The notes under the pieces were generated by a model. It did no database searches and was not told where the DNA came from. It saw only the letters and a program-made list of their open reading frames with translations. This document shows positions 17,217 through 27,795 of a stretch of 64,000 bases of DNA, in pieces; positions within the stretch are counted from its first letter, which is position 1; each line of letters starts with the position of its first letter. The stretch lies in assembly GCA_016842045.1 (NCBI GenBank), contig JAEVEY010000140.1:23242-87241 (forward strand), given 5' to 3'. The DNA comes from Candidatus Thermoflexus sinensis. Lineage in GTDB: Bacteria > Chloroflexota > Anaerolineae > Thermoflexales > Thermoflexaceae. The position numbers and the translations under genes are program-made.

Positions 17217-18824
17217 ATGCTGACGGATTTTCGGGTTCGACAGCGAGATTATCTCCTGGAGATCACCCGGGCGATCACGGCGCAGCTGGATCTGGATGCG
17301 GTATTGCGGCTGGTCGTCGAGGCAGCGGCGGAGATGCTGGCCGGGCAGGTGGCATTTATCGCTCTGCGGGAAGAAGACGCCTTTGCCATCCGCGCTGCAT
17401 ACGGTTTGCCGGAAACCCGATGGGAGGAGCTGGATGCCCTGCTGGCCAAACTCCCCGTGTATCCGGAGGCCTGGGGGCGAGCGGAAGTGGAACGGGTGCT
17501 CACCCAGATCGCCCGCTGGCTTCGCGTGGAGGCCCAGCAGGCCGTGGCCCTTCCCCTGATGGTGGGAGAGGATCTTCTGGGCCTCCTGGTGGTTTTCCGC
17601 ACCTTTGGGACTGCGTTCACTTATGATGATCGACTGGTCCTGCGCGCCTTCGCCGATCAGGCCGCCATCGCGGTCCATAATGCCAAGCTATATCAGCAAC
17701 TGGCGACGGAGAAGCGACGGTTAGAAGCGATTATCGAGGCCACCGCCGATGGGGTGATCATCCTCGATCCTGCCCATCGGATCCAGGTCTTCAACCGGGC
17801 AATGGCCCGGTTGACGGGATGGTCCCCCTCCGAAGTCCTCGGCCGCCCTCACGATGAGGTGGTGATTCTCAACCCCCGCCGCTCTGGAATGACCCTGGCG
17901 GAGGCGGAGGCCGGGGGCTGGCCCCTGGCCGGGGATAAGCCGATCTATGTGGAGGGGGATCTGATCCGCCGCGATGGGGGACGGGTGGCGGTGGGGATCA
18001 CGTACTCCCCCCTGCTGGACCGCACGGGCCGTCTGGTGAACATCATCGGCGTGGTTCGGGATATGACGCGCATCCGCGAGGCCGAGGAGCTGAAATCCAC
18101 GTTCATCTCGATCATTTCCCATGAGCTCAAGACGCCTGTCTCGATCATCAAGGGATACGCCGGGACGTTGCGGCGGGAGGATGCCACCTGGGATGCCAGG
18201 ATGGTGCGACAGATCGCCGCGATCATTGAGGAGGAAGCGGATCGGTTGACCCAGCTGATCGATAATCTCCTGGATGCCTCCCGGTTGCAGGCGGGGGCGC
18301 TGGAATTGCAATTTGTGGAAGTGGCGCTGGACGAGCTGGCGGAACGGGTGGCGGATCGATTTCGTCCTCAGACGGACCGGCACTTCATTGTGGTGGATTT
18401 CCCCCGGGATTTCCCGCTGATTCAGGGCGATCCTCGCCGGCTGGAGCAGGTGCTGGCGAATCTGGTGAGCAACGCCATCAAGTATTCCCCTCAAGGAGGA
18501 ACCATCCGGATCTCCGGACGCGTGACGCCGCGGGAGGTGATCGTCACCGTCACCGATGAGGGGATTGGGATCCCGCCGGAAGAGCAGGAGCGGATCTTCG
18601 AGCGGTTCTATCGGGCCAGCGCGGCCCGGGCACGGCAGACCCCCGGGACCGGATTGGGGTTGTATCTGGCCCGGGCGATTGTGGAAGCCCATGGGGGGCG
18701 GATCTGGGTTGAGAGCACTCCGGGGCGCGGCTCCTCGTTCAGCTTCTCCATCCCGCGCCCTCGCGGATCCTCCGGGGGCGCGCCGGAGATGCGCCCATCG
18801 AAAGGGACAGATGCACAGGCATGA
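17217..18824 (+). CDS. Sensor histidine kinase (GAF-PAS-HisKA-HATPase)
   Basis: ADQAAIAVHNA (GAF), DGVIILD...FNRA (PAS), SHELKTP, NLVSNAIKYS, DEGIGI, GTGLGL. Confidence 0.93.
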   Translation: MLTDFRVRQRDYLLEITRAITAQLDLDAVLRLVVEAAAEMLAGQVAFIALREEDAFAIRAAYGLPETRWEELDALLAKLPVYPEAWGRAEVERVLTQIARWLRVEAQQAVALPLMVGEDLLGLLVVFRTFGTAFTYDDRLVLRAFADQAAIAVHNAKLYQQLATEKRRLEAIIEATADGVIILDPAHRIQVFNRAMARLTGWSPSEVLGRPHDEVVILNPRRSGMTLAEAEAGGWPLAGDKPIYVEGDLIRRDGGRVAVGITYSPLLDRTGRLVNIIGVVRDMTRIREAEELKSTFISIISHELKTPVSIIKGYAGTLRREDATWDARMVRQIAAIIEEEADRLTQLIDNLLDASRLQAGALELQFVEVALDELAERVADRFRPQTDRHFIVVDFPRDFPLIQGDPRRLEQVLANLVSNAIKYSPQGGTIRISGRVTPREVIVTVTDEGIGIPPEEQERIFERFYRASAARARQTPGTGLGLYLARAIVEAHGGRIWVESTPGRGSSFSFSIPRPRGSSGGAPEMRPSKGTDAQA

Positions 18825-19074
18825 AAAGCCCGAGGAAGAATTTCCCCGGGCCGGGAAGGCCGCCGAAGGCGGCCCGCATCCCGAATAGAGTATCTGAAAA
18901 CTTCATATGACTGAGCCGGAAGACCGGCCCCCATCGGCGCTCGGAGACGCATCGGCCAGCGAAGGTTAAAGCAAACCCCCAGGGCTCCCTTCCTCCAGGG
19001 AACAGTGGTATAAGTGAATTGTAAAGTAACGCCGCCTCTTCCATCACCCTGGCTGGATCAGCGCGAAAGGCCTC

Positions 19075-22000
19075 ATGTCGTTCGTCCACCTGCACGTCCA
19101 CAGCGAATATTCTTTGCTGGATGGCCTCAGCCGACTCGATGACCTGGTCCGCCGGGCGGTCGAGATGGGCATGCCCGCGATCGCCCTGACGGATCACGGC
19201 GTCCTGTATGGGGCCGTCGCGTTTTATCAGAAAGCCCAGGAAGCGGGGATCCGCCCGATCCTGGGGATGGAAGCCTATCTGGCCCGCCGCACGATCCAGG
19301 ATCGGGAACCGGACGATCGAAGCCTGTATCACCTCACCCTCCTGGCGATGGATGAAACCGGATGGCGCAACCTGATCCGGCTGGCCACCATCGCTCAGTT
19401 AGAGGGTTTCTACTATAAGCCGCGCATCGACAAGGCCCTGCTGGAACGCCACGCAGAGGGGCTGATCGTTCTCTCCGGATGCCCCTCGGCGGAGATTCCC
19501 CGATTGCTGGCCCAGGGGCGGATGGAGGAAGCGGAGGCTGTTGCGGCCTGGTTCGCCGAACGTTTCCCTGGCCGCTTCTTCCTGGAACTGCAATCCCACC
19601 CAGGGGTCCCGGAGCTGGAGGACATCAATCGCGGCCTGCTGACGCTCTCCCGACGCCTGAACCTCCCCCTGGTGGCCACCAACGATGTCCATTATGTCCG
19701 CCCCGAGGACGCCGGGCTCCAGGATGTCCTGCTGTGTATCCAGACGGGGAAGCGCCTGAAAGAGCCCGGCCGGATGAAGATGAGCGATCAGACCTACTAC
19801 CTTCGCTCCCCGGAGGAGATGCGAGCGCTCTTCGCGGAGATCCCCGAAGCCCTGACCAGCACGCTTCGGATCGCGGAGATGTGTTCGCTGACCCTGGAGT
19901 TGGGCCGACATCGCCTGCCCCGGTTTGAACCCCCGCCGGGGTTCCCGGACCCCGCCGCGTATCTCCGCCATCTGGCCGAGGAAGGCTTCCGGGCGCGCTT
20001 CCCCCAGCCCAAACCGGGCTATCGGGAACGGCTGGACTATGAGCTGGAGATCATCCATCGGATGGGGTTTGACACCTACTTCCTGATTGTGTGGGACCTC
20101 ATCCGCTATGCGCGGGAGCGGGGGATCTGGTGGAATGTGCGGGGCTCCGGCGCGGGGAGCCTGGTCGCTTACTGCCTGGGGATCACCCGGGTGGATCCCA
20201 TTGAGCTGGACCTGATTTTCGAGCGTTTCCTGAACCCGGCCCGCGTGTCGATGCCGGATATCGACATCGATTTCCCGGACGACCGACGGGATGAGATGAT
20301 CCGTTATGCGGTAAGCCGTTACGGGGCCGATCGGGTGGCCCAGATCATCACCTTCGGAACGATGAAGGCCCGGGCGGCCGTCCGGGATGTCGGGCGGGCG
20401 CTGGATCTCCCGCTGCCGGAGGTAGATCGTGTGGCCCGGCTCATCCCGGCCATCCCCGGCAAGGATGTTTCGATCCGCGATCTCCTGGATCCCTCCAACG
20501 AGGAAGGGCGAGAGCTACGCCGCCTGTATGAGGAGAAAGATTACATCCGGGAATTGCTGGATCTGGCGATGCAGCTGGAGGGAACGGTGCGCCATGCCGG
20601 AACCCACGCCGCCGGCGTAGTGATCGCCGATCGACCGCTGGTGGACTATGTCCCGCTGCATCGGCCCACCGGCGTGAAAGGAAGTGCCCGGGAGGAAAAC
20701 GGCGAGGGGAACGGGGAAGGGGAGGCCCTCCTGCCGGTCACCCAGTTCGATATGGAGGCCCTGGAGGCGCTGGGGTTGCTCAAGATCGACTTCCTGGGCC
20801 TCTCCACCCTCACGGTGATGCGGGAGACCTGCGATCTGGTGGCCCGTCGGCATGGCGTCCGGCTGGATCTGGAGACCATCCCCACCGATGCGCCGGAGGC
20901 CTACGCGTTGCTAAGTCGAGGCGAGACCGTGGGGGTGTTCCAGGTGGAAGGTCGCGGGTTCAGCCGGATGATGCGGGATCTCAAGCCTCGCGCCTTCTCC
21001 CACGTGATGGATGCCTTAGCCCTTTATCGCCCGGGCCCGCTGGAGTATATCCCCAACTACATCCGTCGCATGCGCGGTCAGGAGCTCATCGAATACCGCC
21101 ACCCCCGATTGGAGCCGATCCTCCAGCGCACGATGGGCATCCTGGTCTATCAGGAGCAGATCATGCGGGTGGCCATCGACCTGGCAGGCTACACGCCCTC
21201 GGAGGCGGACGAGCTGCGCAAGGTGGTGGCCAAGAAGAAGGGCGAAGCTTTCCCGAAGCAGCGGGCGAAATTCCTTGAAGGCTGCGTCCGCAACGGCATC
21301 CCGCAGGAGATCGCCGAGGCGATCTGGGGGGACATCGAGTTCTTCGCCCGCTACGGCTTCAACGCCGCCCACGCCGCCTCTTACGCGGTGATCACCGTCC
21401 AGACCGCCTATCTGAAGGCGAAATACCCGGTGGAGTATCTGTGCGCCCTGATGACGGTGGACCGGGACAAGACCGAGAAGATCGGCCTTTATGTGGCGGA
21501 ATGCCGACGGCTGGGAATCCCGGTCCTGCCGCCCGATATCAACCGGAGCGAGGCGACGTTCACCATCGAGCGAACGCCGGACGGAAAAGAGGCCATCCGG
21601 TTCGGGCTGGCGGCGGTGAAGAATGTGGGGGAAGGGGCGGTCGCCCGCATCCTGGCCGCTCGTCAGGAGGGCGGCCCGTTCCGCGATCTGGACGATCTGG
21701 CCCGGCGGGTGGATCTGAGGGAGATCGGCCGGCGGGCCATGGAGTCGCTGATCAAGGCAGGGGCCCTGGGAGCCTTTGGGAACCGGGCGCAGCTCCTGGA
21801 GATCCTGGATCGCCTGATGGAGGCCAGCGCCCGCTACCATCGGGAGCGTCAGCAGGGGATGCTCAGCCTTTTCGAGCTGAGCGGCGTATCCGTGGAGGCG
21901 GCCTCGCTGATCGGTTCGCTCCCTGCGCTTCCAGAAGTCGAGGAAACCCAGATCCTGGAATGGGAGAAGGATCTCGTCGGCACATATCTCTCAGAGACCC

Positions 22001-23007
22001 CGCTCACCCGACAATGGCCTCTGTTGCAACAGCTCATCACGCATACCACCACGGATCTGAGCGAGGAGACGCATGGCCAGATCGTGAAGCTGGCGGGCAT
22101 CGTGCGGACGGTGCGAACCACCACCACACGGACCGGGGAGACGATGGCCTACGTGTCCATGGAGGATATCCACGGGACGGTGGAGGTGGTGATCTTCCCA
22201 CGGCTCTGGAAGCAAAAGGGGAACCTGGTGCGTCCGGAAGCGATCCTGATCGTCGTTGGCAGGGCGGAGGTGGGCGGACGTGAGCCCCGGGTCGTGGCGG
22301 AGGACCTGCGGGATCAGGACACGCTCGTGCGGCCGCTGGAGGATCTCCGGGAGGAAGAAGCCTTCGTTGCGCTGTGGGAGAATATGGAGGAACCGCCTTC
22401 CGCTGTGAGGACAGGCCTCGAGGACAGCAGTGCCCTGGCAGGCCCGGTCCTGGAGAAGCCCTCTTTGAGCACCCCGGACTCCATGAGCGGACGCGAAGGC
22501 GAGCCCCCAGGGGCCCCCGGCGAGGGTTTGCGATCCGGGAGACATGAGGAGACCACATCCCATCTCCCCGCTCCTTCAGCGGAAGCCTCATGGTCTCCGG
22601 AGAATTCGGGCTGGCATCCATCGCCGAACGTCGGGAAGGCGGCGCGCGCCCCGGATCTGGAAGGTTCGCCTTCGGATTCCCTCGGCCCGACGAAGGAGGA
22701 GAGGCCGTCCGGGGAACCGACGGCTCCCCCAGGGCCGAGAGCCGCCCCATCGCGCCATATTCTCGTTTATTTCTATCGGACCGAACAGTTAGAAGAGGAT
22801 CTCCGTCGTCTTCAGGAAGTTCATCGGGTGCTGACGGAGCGGCCGGGTCCGGATCCGTTTAGCGTGGTGGTGGTGTATCCGGATCGGCGGCAGGTTCGTC
22901 TGCGGTTTCCCCATCACGGCACCACGTATTCCCCAGAGTTGCTGGCCCGCCTGGAGAGCCTCCTGGGCCCGGATTCGGTGCGGGTTTTGCCCTTCCAATC
23001 GTCTTAG
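19075..23007 (+). CDS. dnaE: DNA polymerase III alpha subunit
   Basis: PHP domain HLHVHSEYSLLDG, GSGAGSLVAY, PDIDID, YGFNAAHA, HhH and OB-fold regions. Confidence 0.97.
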   Translation: MSFVHLHVHSEYSLLDGLSRLDDLVRRAVEMGMPAIALTDHGVLYGAVAFYQKAQEAGIRPILGMEAYLARRTIQDREPDDRSLYHLTLLAMDETGWRNLIRLATIAQLEGFYYKPRIDKALLERHAEGLIVLSGCPSAEIPRLLAQGRMEEAEAVAAWFAERFPGRFFLELQSHPGVPELEDINRGLLTLSRRLNLPLVATNDVHYVRPEDAGLQDVLLCIQTGKRLKEPGRMKMSDQTYYLRSPEEMRALFAEIPEALTSTLRIAEMCSLTLELGRHRLPRFEPPPGFPDPAAYLRHLAEEGFRARFPQPKPGYRERLDYELEIIHRMGFDTYFLIVWDLIRYARERGIWWNVRGSGAGSLVAYCLGITRVDPIELDLIFERFLNPARVSMPDIDIDFPDDRRDEMIRYAVSRYGADRVAQIITFGTMKARAAVRDVGRALDLPLPEVDRVARLIPAIPGKDVSIRDLLDPSNEEGRELRRLYEEKDYIRELLDLAMQLEGTVRHAGTHAAGVVIADRPLVDYVPLHRPTGVKGSAREENGEGNGEGEALLPVTQFDMEALEALGLLKIDFLGLSTLTVMRETCDLVARRHGVRLDLETIPTDAPEAYALLSRGETVGVFQVEGRGFSRMMRDLKPRAFSHVMDALALYRPGPLEYIPNYIRRMRGQELIEYRHPRLEPILQRTMGILVYQEQIMRVAIDLAGYTPSEADELRKVVAKKKGEAFPKQRAKFLEGCVRNGIPQEIAEAIWGDIEFFARYGFNAAHAASYAVITVQTAYLKAKYPVEYLCALMTVDRDKTEKIGLYVAECRRLGIPVLPPDINRSEATFTIERTPDGKEAIRFGLAAVKNVGEGAVARILAARQEGGPFRDLDDLARRVDLREIGRRAMESLIKAGALGAFGNRAQLLEILDRLMEASARYHRERQQGMLSLFELSGVSVEAASLIGSLPALPEVEETQILEWEKDLVGTYLSETPLTRQWPLLQQLITHTTTDLSEETHGQIVKLAGIVRTVRTTTTRTGETMAYVSMEDIHGTVEVVIFPRLWKQKGNLVRPEAILIVVGRAEVGGREPRVVAEDLRDQDTLVRPLEDLREEEAFVALWENMEEPPSAVRTGLEDSSALAGPVLEKPSLSTPDSMSGREGEPPGAPGEGLRSGRHEETTSHLPAPSAEASWSPENSGWHPSPNVGKAARAPDLEGSPSDSLGPTKEERPSGEPTAPPGPRAAPSRHILVYFYRTEQLEEDLRRLQEVHRVLTERPGPDPFSVVVVYPDRRQVRLRFPHHGTTYSPELLARLESLLGPDSVRVLPFQSS

Positions 23008-23114
23008 TCAGGGAAGGTGGAGCGGGGCTACGGCAATACCGTGCCCCGTTCCACCGGTGGCTCCCCTCTTCCACGTTGAGTTTCCTGCTGCAGAGAGACC
23101 CTCTGTTTTTCGGA

Positions 23115-23255
23115 TAGGACTTACGCAGTTCGTTTCCCATGGGGGCAAGGATTTTTCTCCCCCCTCCCCACGGCCCAAAGGGCGTGGGGAGGGGGGAGAA
23201 AGGGGGGTGGGGCCATTCCGTCCCACCTTTAGAGCTTTCAACTGCGTAACTCCTA
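23115..23255. mobile_element. MITE, TAGG-TIR family, subtype A
   Basis: Intact TIRs. 5 bp direct repeat TCGGA on both flanks. Confidence 0.9.
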
Positions 23256-23361
23256 TCGGATTCAGGATGCTTGGGTGCGATCCTATCGGTGCCCGCTTCC
23301 AAAATTCCCTGGACGCGAAGGAAGGTTAAGATAGAAGCAGGAAGATGAGGAGAGAGGAGCC

Positions 23362-23949
23362 ATGGGGTTCTGGCTGGCTCTCGCGGCGTATCTGGTGGGC
23401 TCGGTTCTCCCGGCGGAGCTTTTCGTGCGCTGGAAAACCGGTCGCAGCCCTCATGAGTTCGAAGATAACCCGGGCGGCGGAGGGGCATGGCGCCTGGCCG
23501 GGCCGGTGGCCGGTATCATCACCATCCTGTTTGACCTGGGGAAGGGCGCGGTTCCTACCTGGATCGCGCTCCGGTGGGGGCTCAGCCTGCCGGAGCTGAT
23601 CGCGGTCGCTGTCGCCCCGGTGATCGGCCATTGCTGGCCGTTTTATAAGGTCATCCGCCTGGAGCGAGGCGGGCGGGGTTTGGGGCCCGCAACAGGGGCG
23701 TTGTTTGCGCTGGCGTTTCGGGAGGTGATCCCCGCGTATGTGCTGGGCGCTCTGGCAGCCTATCGCTTCCGCTGGCTTCCCAGCGTGGGCATTGTTGCCT
23801 TCCCCCTTGGCTTAATCCTGATGCTCCTGTGGAAGGTCCCTCCAGAACGACTGGCGGTGGCTTTCGCGGTGATGCTGGTGGTGCTGGTTCGAAACGTGGG
23901 CCTGCTGTGGACGGTGGTTCAGACCCGGGGGAGGCGGTTGCCCCATTGA
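23362..23949 (+). CDS. plsY: Glycerol-3-phosphate acyltransferase PlsY-like
   Basis: YLVGS, NPGG, DLGKG, VIGHCWPFY, GGRG motifs in a polytopic protein. Confidence 0.8.
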   Translation: MGFWLALAAYLVGSVLPAELFVRWKTGRSPHEFEDNPGGGGAWRLAGPVAGIITILFDLGKGAVPTWIALRWGLSLPELIAVAVAPVIGHCWPFYKVIRLERGGRGLGPATGALFALAFREVIPAYVLGALAAYRFRWLPSVGIVAFPLGLILMLLWKVPPERLAVAFAVMLVVLVRNVGLLWTVVQTRGRRLPH

Positions 23950-23985
23950 AGGGTTGAGGATCCGATCGCCTGTTCAAAGCCAGAG

Positions 23986-24708
23986 ATGGAGCGCTCCTCG
24001 AAATTCGAACCACGGGTGGTCGCGTTGACGGGGGCGGGGATCTCCGCGGAAAGCGGGGTGCCGACCTTTCGAGGGCCCGATGGCCTCTGGGGGCGGTATC
24101 GCCCGGAGGAGCTGGCAACACCCGAGGCCTTCGCCCGTGATCCATCCCGGGTCTGGGAATGGTATGCATGGCGCCGGGAGGTGATCGCCCGTGCGGAGCC
24201 CAACCCCGCCCATCGGACGCTGGCCGAGATGGAAGCAGCCCTGCCAGGCTTCACCCTCATCACCCAGAATGTCGATGGCCTGCATCAACGGGCCGGCAGC
24301 CGCCGGGTCATCGAGTTGCACGGGAATCTCTGGCGTGTGCGGTGCGTCCGGGAAGGGCGAACATGGGAGGACCTTCGGGTTCCATTGCCGGAGATCCCGC
24401 CTCGCTGTCCCACCTGTGGGGCGCTGCTTCGCCCGGATGTGATCTGGTTCGGCGAGCCGCTTCCCCCCACGTTATGGCAACGTGCCGTGGAAGCGGCTCG
24501 GGAGGCGGAGATCTTCCTGGTGATCGGCACTTCGGGGATTGTGGAACCGGCGGCCAGCCTCCCCCGCCTGGCTCGAGCGCATGGGGCTTACCTGGTGGAG
24601 TTCAACATCGAGGACACCCCCCTAACACCTCTCATGGATGAGATCTGGCGCGGCCCGGTCGGCGAGACGCTGCCGCGCTGGTGGGCCCGCTTTCAAAAGA
24701 GGGCATAG
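23986..24708 (+). CDS. cobB: NAD-dependent protein deacylase (sirtuin, class III)
   Basis: [29 protein letters not shown], CxxC pairs, [13 protein letters not shown]. Confidence 0.93.
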   Translation: MERSSKFEPRVVALTGAGISAESGVPTFRGPDGLWGRYRPEELATPEAFARDPSRVWEWYAWRREVIARAEPNPAHRTLAEMEAALPGFTLITQNVDGLHQRAGSRRVIELHGNLWRVRCVREGRTWEDLRVPLPEIPPRCPTCGALLRPDVIWFGEPLPPTLWQRAVEAAREAEIFLVIGTSGIVEPAASLPRLARAHGAYLVEFNIEDTPLTPLMDEIWRGPVGETLPRWWARFQKRA

Positions 24709-24828
24709 AACGCCAGGGCAGGCCCGAGGACCCGCCTGGGCCCATCCCCTTTCGCTCTCCGCGGTCCCGGCGAAGCAAGGTCAACTGAGGTTGCCCTCTC
24801 TCTGTCTCTAAGATGGCGCTCATATGGT

Positions 24829-25015
24829 TAGGACTTACCAGTTCGTTTCCCATGGGGGCTTTGGGGGCGGAGCGGGGCGCCGAAGGCGCCCCGCTCCGCC
24901 CCCAAGGGATTTTTCTCCCCCCTCCCCACGGCCCAAAGGGCCGTGGGGAGGGGGGAGAAAGGGGGGGTGGGGCTATTCCGTTCCACCTTTAGAGCTTTCA
25001 ACTGCGTAACTCCTA
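24829..25015. mobile_element. MITE, TAGG-TIR family, subtype A carrying an extra GCC-GAA-GGC hairpin module
   Basis: Same ends and core as subtype A plus an inserted palindrome GGGGCGGAGCGGGGCGCC-GAA-GGCGCCCCGCTCCGCCCC. 187 bp. Confidence 0.87.
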
Positions 25016-25439
25016 TGGGAAACGCCAAGCTCTTCCTCCAGACAGGATGACCTCCCTCGTTCCGATAGCCCACCAGATAGGCCCCTCCCCTTGAAGCCCT
25101 CCGGATCGAAAGCGACCAGGCCCAATGAACCGTGAGACACCGATTTGCTCTCCGTACCTTTCAGGAGGGGCACCCCAGACGGCTGAATCAACTCAAAACC
25201 TCCAGAAGAGGAAAGATCTTCGATAGACCCCGTGAGAGAGCATGCCAGAGCAAGCATACCCTTCATTACTGTAACCCGCTTTTTACCGAATTCCAACCTT
25301 TATATGGACAATAAAGTCATCTGTCTCTATGTTCTCACGGATTTCGAGGCTGGGCAGGCCGCCGGGGGCTCGCTAAGCCACGAGGGCGACATAATTCCTT
25401 CAGATTTTCTGCTCTCCCACCTGAAAGGAGACCTGTGCG

Positions 25440-26237
25440 ATGAATTTCCACAAGATCAGGATCTGGGGTGTGATCATCTTGTTGTTCGGGCTGCTCTATA
25501 CGATGCATGCGCAGGGGCAGGTAAAGGCGGATCATGACGGCAACCCGAATATCGCGGATATTGTGCTCACCGTCCCTCAGACCTATGTGCTCTGCCCAAC
25601 CGGGACGGACTCCGATGTAGTGGCTCTGAGCAACGTGGGCACCCGCTGGCTGAGGGGTTATGTCCAGCTGGACTTTGTGATCCCCAATAACGGGGGCCGC
25701 CAGATGGTGCAGCGGTGGGACGTGTTGCAGGGTGGAGATTATCGTCTGGAGGTTACCTATCCGGCCTGGGAGACGTGGCCGGAAGGATTCTTCGAGATGC
25801 ACGTGGATCTGGTTTTCGAGATCTACCCGACGGAGGCGGATGCCCGGGCAGGCACCAATCTGCTTGGGACCATCGGGCCGGGGCATCCCTGGGATATCTT
25901 CTGTCTGGCCGAGCGGCCTATCGCCACTCCTTCCCCCTCACCGACGCCTACATTGACCCCAACCCCCGGGGTGGTTCCGCCGCCTCCTCCCACACCCACG
26001 CCGATCCCCAGCCCGCTGCCCACGGAAGCGCCAACCGCTGTGCCGCCGGTGGCTCCACCCGTTCCATCTCCGGCGGATCCCACCCCACTTCCCACAGAGC
26101 CTTTAAATGGAGAGCTGCTGGGCCGCACCGGTGTGGGGCGCTCTCCTTCACCCATCCCCTGGCTCATCGGGCTGGTTCTCTGGGTCACAGGAGGCATTGC
26201 ACTGGGGTTGCGCGCGCGCCGCCGGAGCCAGCGGTAA
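25440..26237 (+). CDS. Predicted sortase-anchored surface protein
   Basis: Signal peptide, globular domain, Pro/Thr linker, LGRTG, hydrophobic helix, basic tail RARRRSQR. Confidence 0.8.
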   Translation: MNFHKIRIWGVIILLFGLLYTMHAQGQVKADHDGNPNIADIVLTVPQTYVLCPTGTDSDVVALSNVGTRWLRGYVQLDFVIPNNGGRQMVQRWDVLQGGDYRLEVTYPAWETWPEGFFEMHVDLVFEIYPTEADARAGTNLLGTIGPGHPWDIFCLAERPIATPSPSPTPTLTPTPGVVPPPPPTPTPIPSPLPTEAPTAVPPVAPPVPSPADPTPLPTEPLNGELLGRTGVGRSPSPIPWLIGLVLWVTGGIALGLRARRRSQR

Positions 26238-26311
26238 ACGATCGTGGAGCGACGTTTCAAAGCAGGAGGCACTCCCTTCCGCAACACTTTTGAACCTGAG
26301 AGGTCACTCGA

Positions 26312-27025
26312 ATGAAGGCTCCTGCATACTGGATTCTGGGTCTTGGGCTGGTTCTGGGGGGGATCCCCGGGGCCGTATCCTCCGCATGGGAGGGAGAGGA
26401 GATCCCCCTCGCTATGCCGGGGCCCTCGGCGTGGAAGGCCGCTATCCCTTCCGCTTCGATGGAACGGATCCCTCAGGCTGCGGTGGCTATGGAAGATCCG
26501 CTCCAGCGGAAGGCGCTGGAACATCAGGTGGGGGCAAAGGCGCCAGAGGAGCCTGCCCTTGCTCCGGCCGAAGGGCTCCCCGAACGCCTGGTGATTTCAT
26601 CCATCTCCCTGGACGCGCCGATCGTTCCCGCGGGATCCCGGGTGGTTTCGATCCAGGGGCGTCGTTATCGGGAATGGCAGGCCCCGGATCGTTACGCGGC
26701 GGGATGGCATCCCACCTCGGCGCGGGCGGGGATGCCCGGCAACATGGTGCTCAGCGGCCACAACAACATCGCCGGGTCCGTATTCCGCCGCCTGGCCGAT
26801 GTGAAGATCGGAGATCGTGTCTGGATCTACACCCGCGACCGCGTTTTCCTCTACGAGGTGACCGAACGCCATGTTCTTCTGGAGCGAGGTCAGCCCCTGC
26901 TGGTTCGGGAGTCGAACGCCCGCTGGATCGGGGCGTTTCCAGACGAGCGGCTGACGCTAACCACCTGCTGGCCTCCGTGGAGCAATTCCCATCGCCTGAT
27001 TGTGATCGCCCGTCCGGTGCGGTGA
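26312..27025 (+). CDS. Sortase (class D/F-like)
   Basis: N-terminal anchor, GNMVLSGHN, F..L, LTLTTCWP, catalytic Arg in HRLIV. Confidence 0.9.
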   Translation: MKAPAYWILGLGLVLGGIPGAVSSAWEGEEIPLAMPGPSAWKAAIPSASMERIPQAAVAMEDPLQRKALEHQVGAKAPEEPALAPAEGLPERLVISSISLDAPIVPAGSRVVSIQGRRYREWQAPDRYAAGWHPTSARAGMPGNMVLSGHNNIAGSVFRRLADVKIGDRVWIYTRDRVFLYEVTERHVLLERGQPLLVRESNARWIGAFPDERLTLTTCWPPWSNSHRLIVIARPVR

Positions 27026-27075
27026 GTTCCCCTCTCCTTCACGGAAGGGCATTCAGGGGCCCCGCCATCGTTTAC

Positions 27076-27232
27076 CCGGGCTGTTCTGTCCTCATACCGT
27101 TCGGGCCAGTGGATGGCCCCGGCCTGAAGGGCTGGGGAGGAGGGATGAAAAGATGTTTGGGGTGAGCCAGGCACCAGAGGCGCCTGGCCCACCCCAAACC
27201 TTCATGGGAACGCTCCGATGATGAAAAATCTG
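27076..27232. mobile_element. Degenerate copy of the CAGGG-ended MITE (family C)
   Basis: GGGCTGTTCTGTCCTCATACCGTTCGG ... ATGGGAACGCTCCGATGATGAAAA. Confidence 0.65.
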
Positions 27233-27475
27233 AGGATGGCATGGAGGATGATTGAGGCCCTTTTCAGGGGTGGGTGATGCCTGGGGGCGCTGGGGGAAGA
27301 AGGAACAGGCGTGGTGGAGGTGGGGTCCTGGCAAACACCCCTTTGCCCGAAAGGGCATTAAGACATCCCCCGGCGGCCGTGAGCAGGATCCAGATGAGGA
27401 TTCGTTGGAAAGCCCCCAATGCCCGAAAGGGCATGAAGGCCCAGGATCAGATCCCGTATGAGAGCGAACACGGGC

Positions 27476-27510
27476 AGGAGTTACGCAGTTCGGGGCCCGC
27501 GAGAAGAGGT
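27476..27510. repeat. Solo end of TAGG MITE subtype B
   Basis: AGGAGTTACGCAGTTCGGGGCCCGCGAGAAGAGGT matches the subtype B end. The rest of the element is absent. Confidence 0.7.
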
Positions 27511-27795
27511 GTTCGCCTTTAACTGGGGCACCAGATGGCGAGCAGCCCGTCGTCAATGCGCGTCTGGAAGATGGGAATCAAGATGGTGGTCATTGGAGAT
27601 GGCGACTCCATCCATCTCCATTGTGTTTCCCACCGGGAAATTCTGGTCGCCATGGGAGACCCCGGCGGATGCGCTGGGCCGCGCCGGTGGAGGCGGCGCT
27701 GCTGGCAACAGCGGTCATCTTCCCCACGCCCGCCAGGCCATGGAGAGGGGAACCCGGAGTGGGACTGAATAGGGATCCCTCCGGGGAAAGATCGT

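Noticed and set aside
19075-23007. Intein in the long DnaE
   Set aside because: No C/S...HN-C/S/T splice junction or LAGLIDADG motif seen. Extra length is a low-complexity linker.
24973-25296. 107 aa minus-strand ORF
   Set aside because: Ends inside a MITE, has no recognisable motif or RBS, and overlaps the probable promoter region of the sortase substrate.
27330-27434. GGCAAA plus two TGCCC-GAAA-GGGCA hairpins as a c-di-GMP-I riboswitch
   Set aside because: The GACGCAAAGC and downstream receptor elements are missing, and no gene follows in a suitable orientation.
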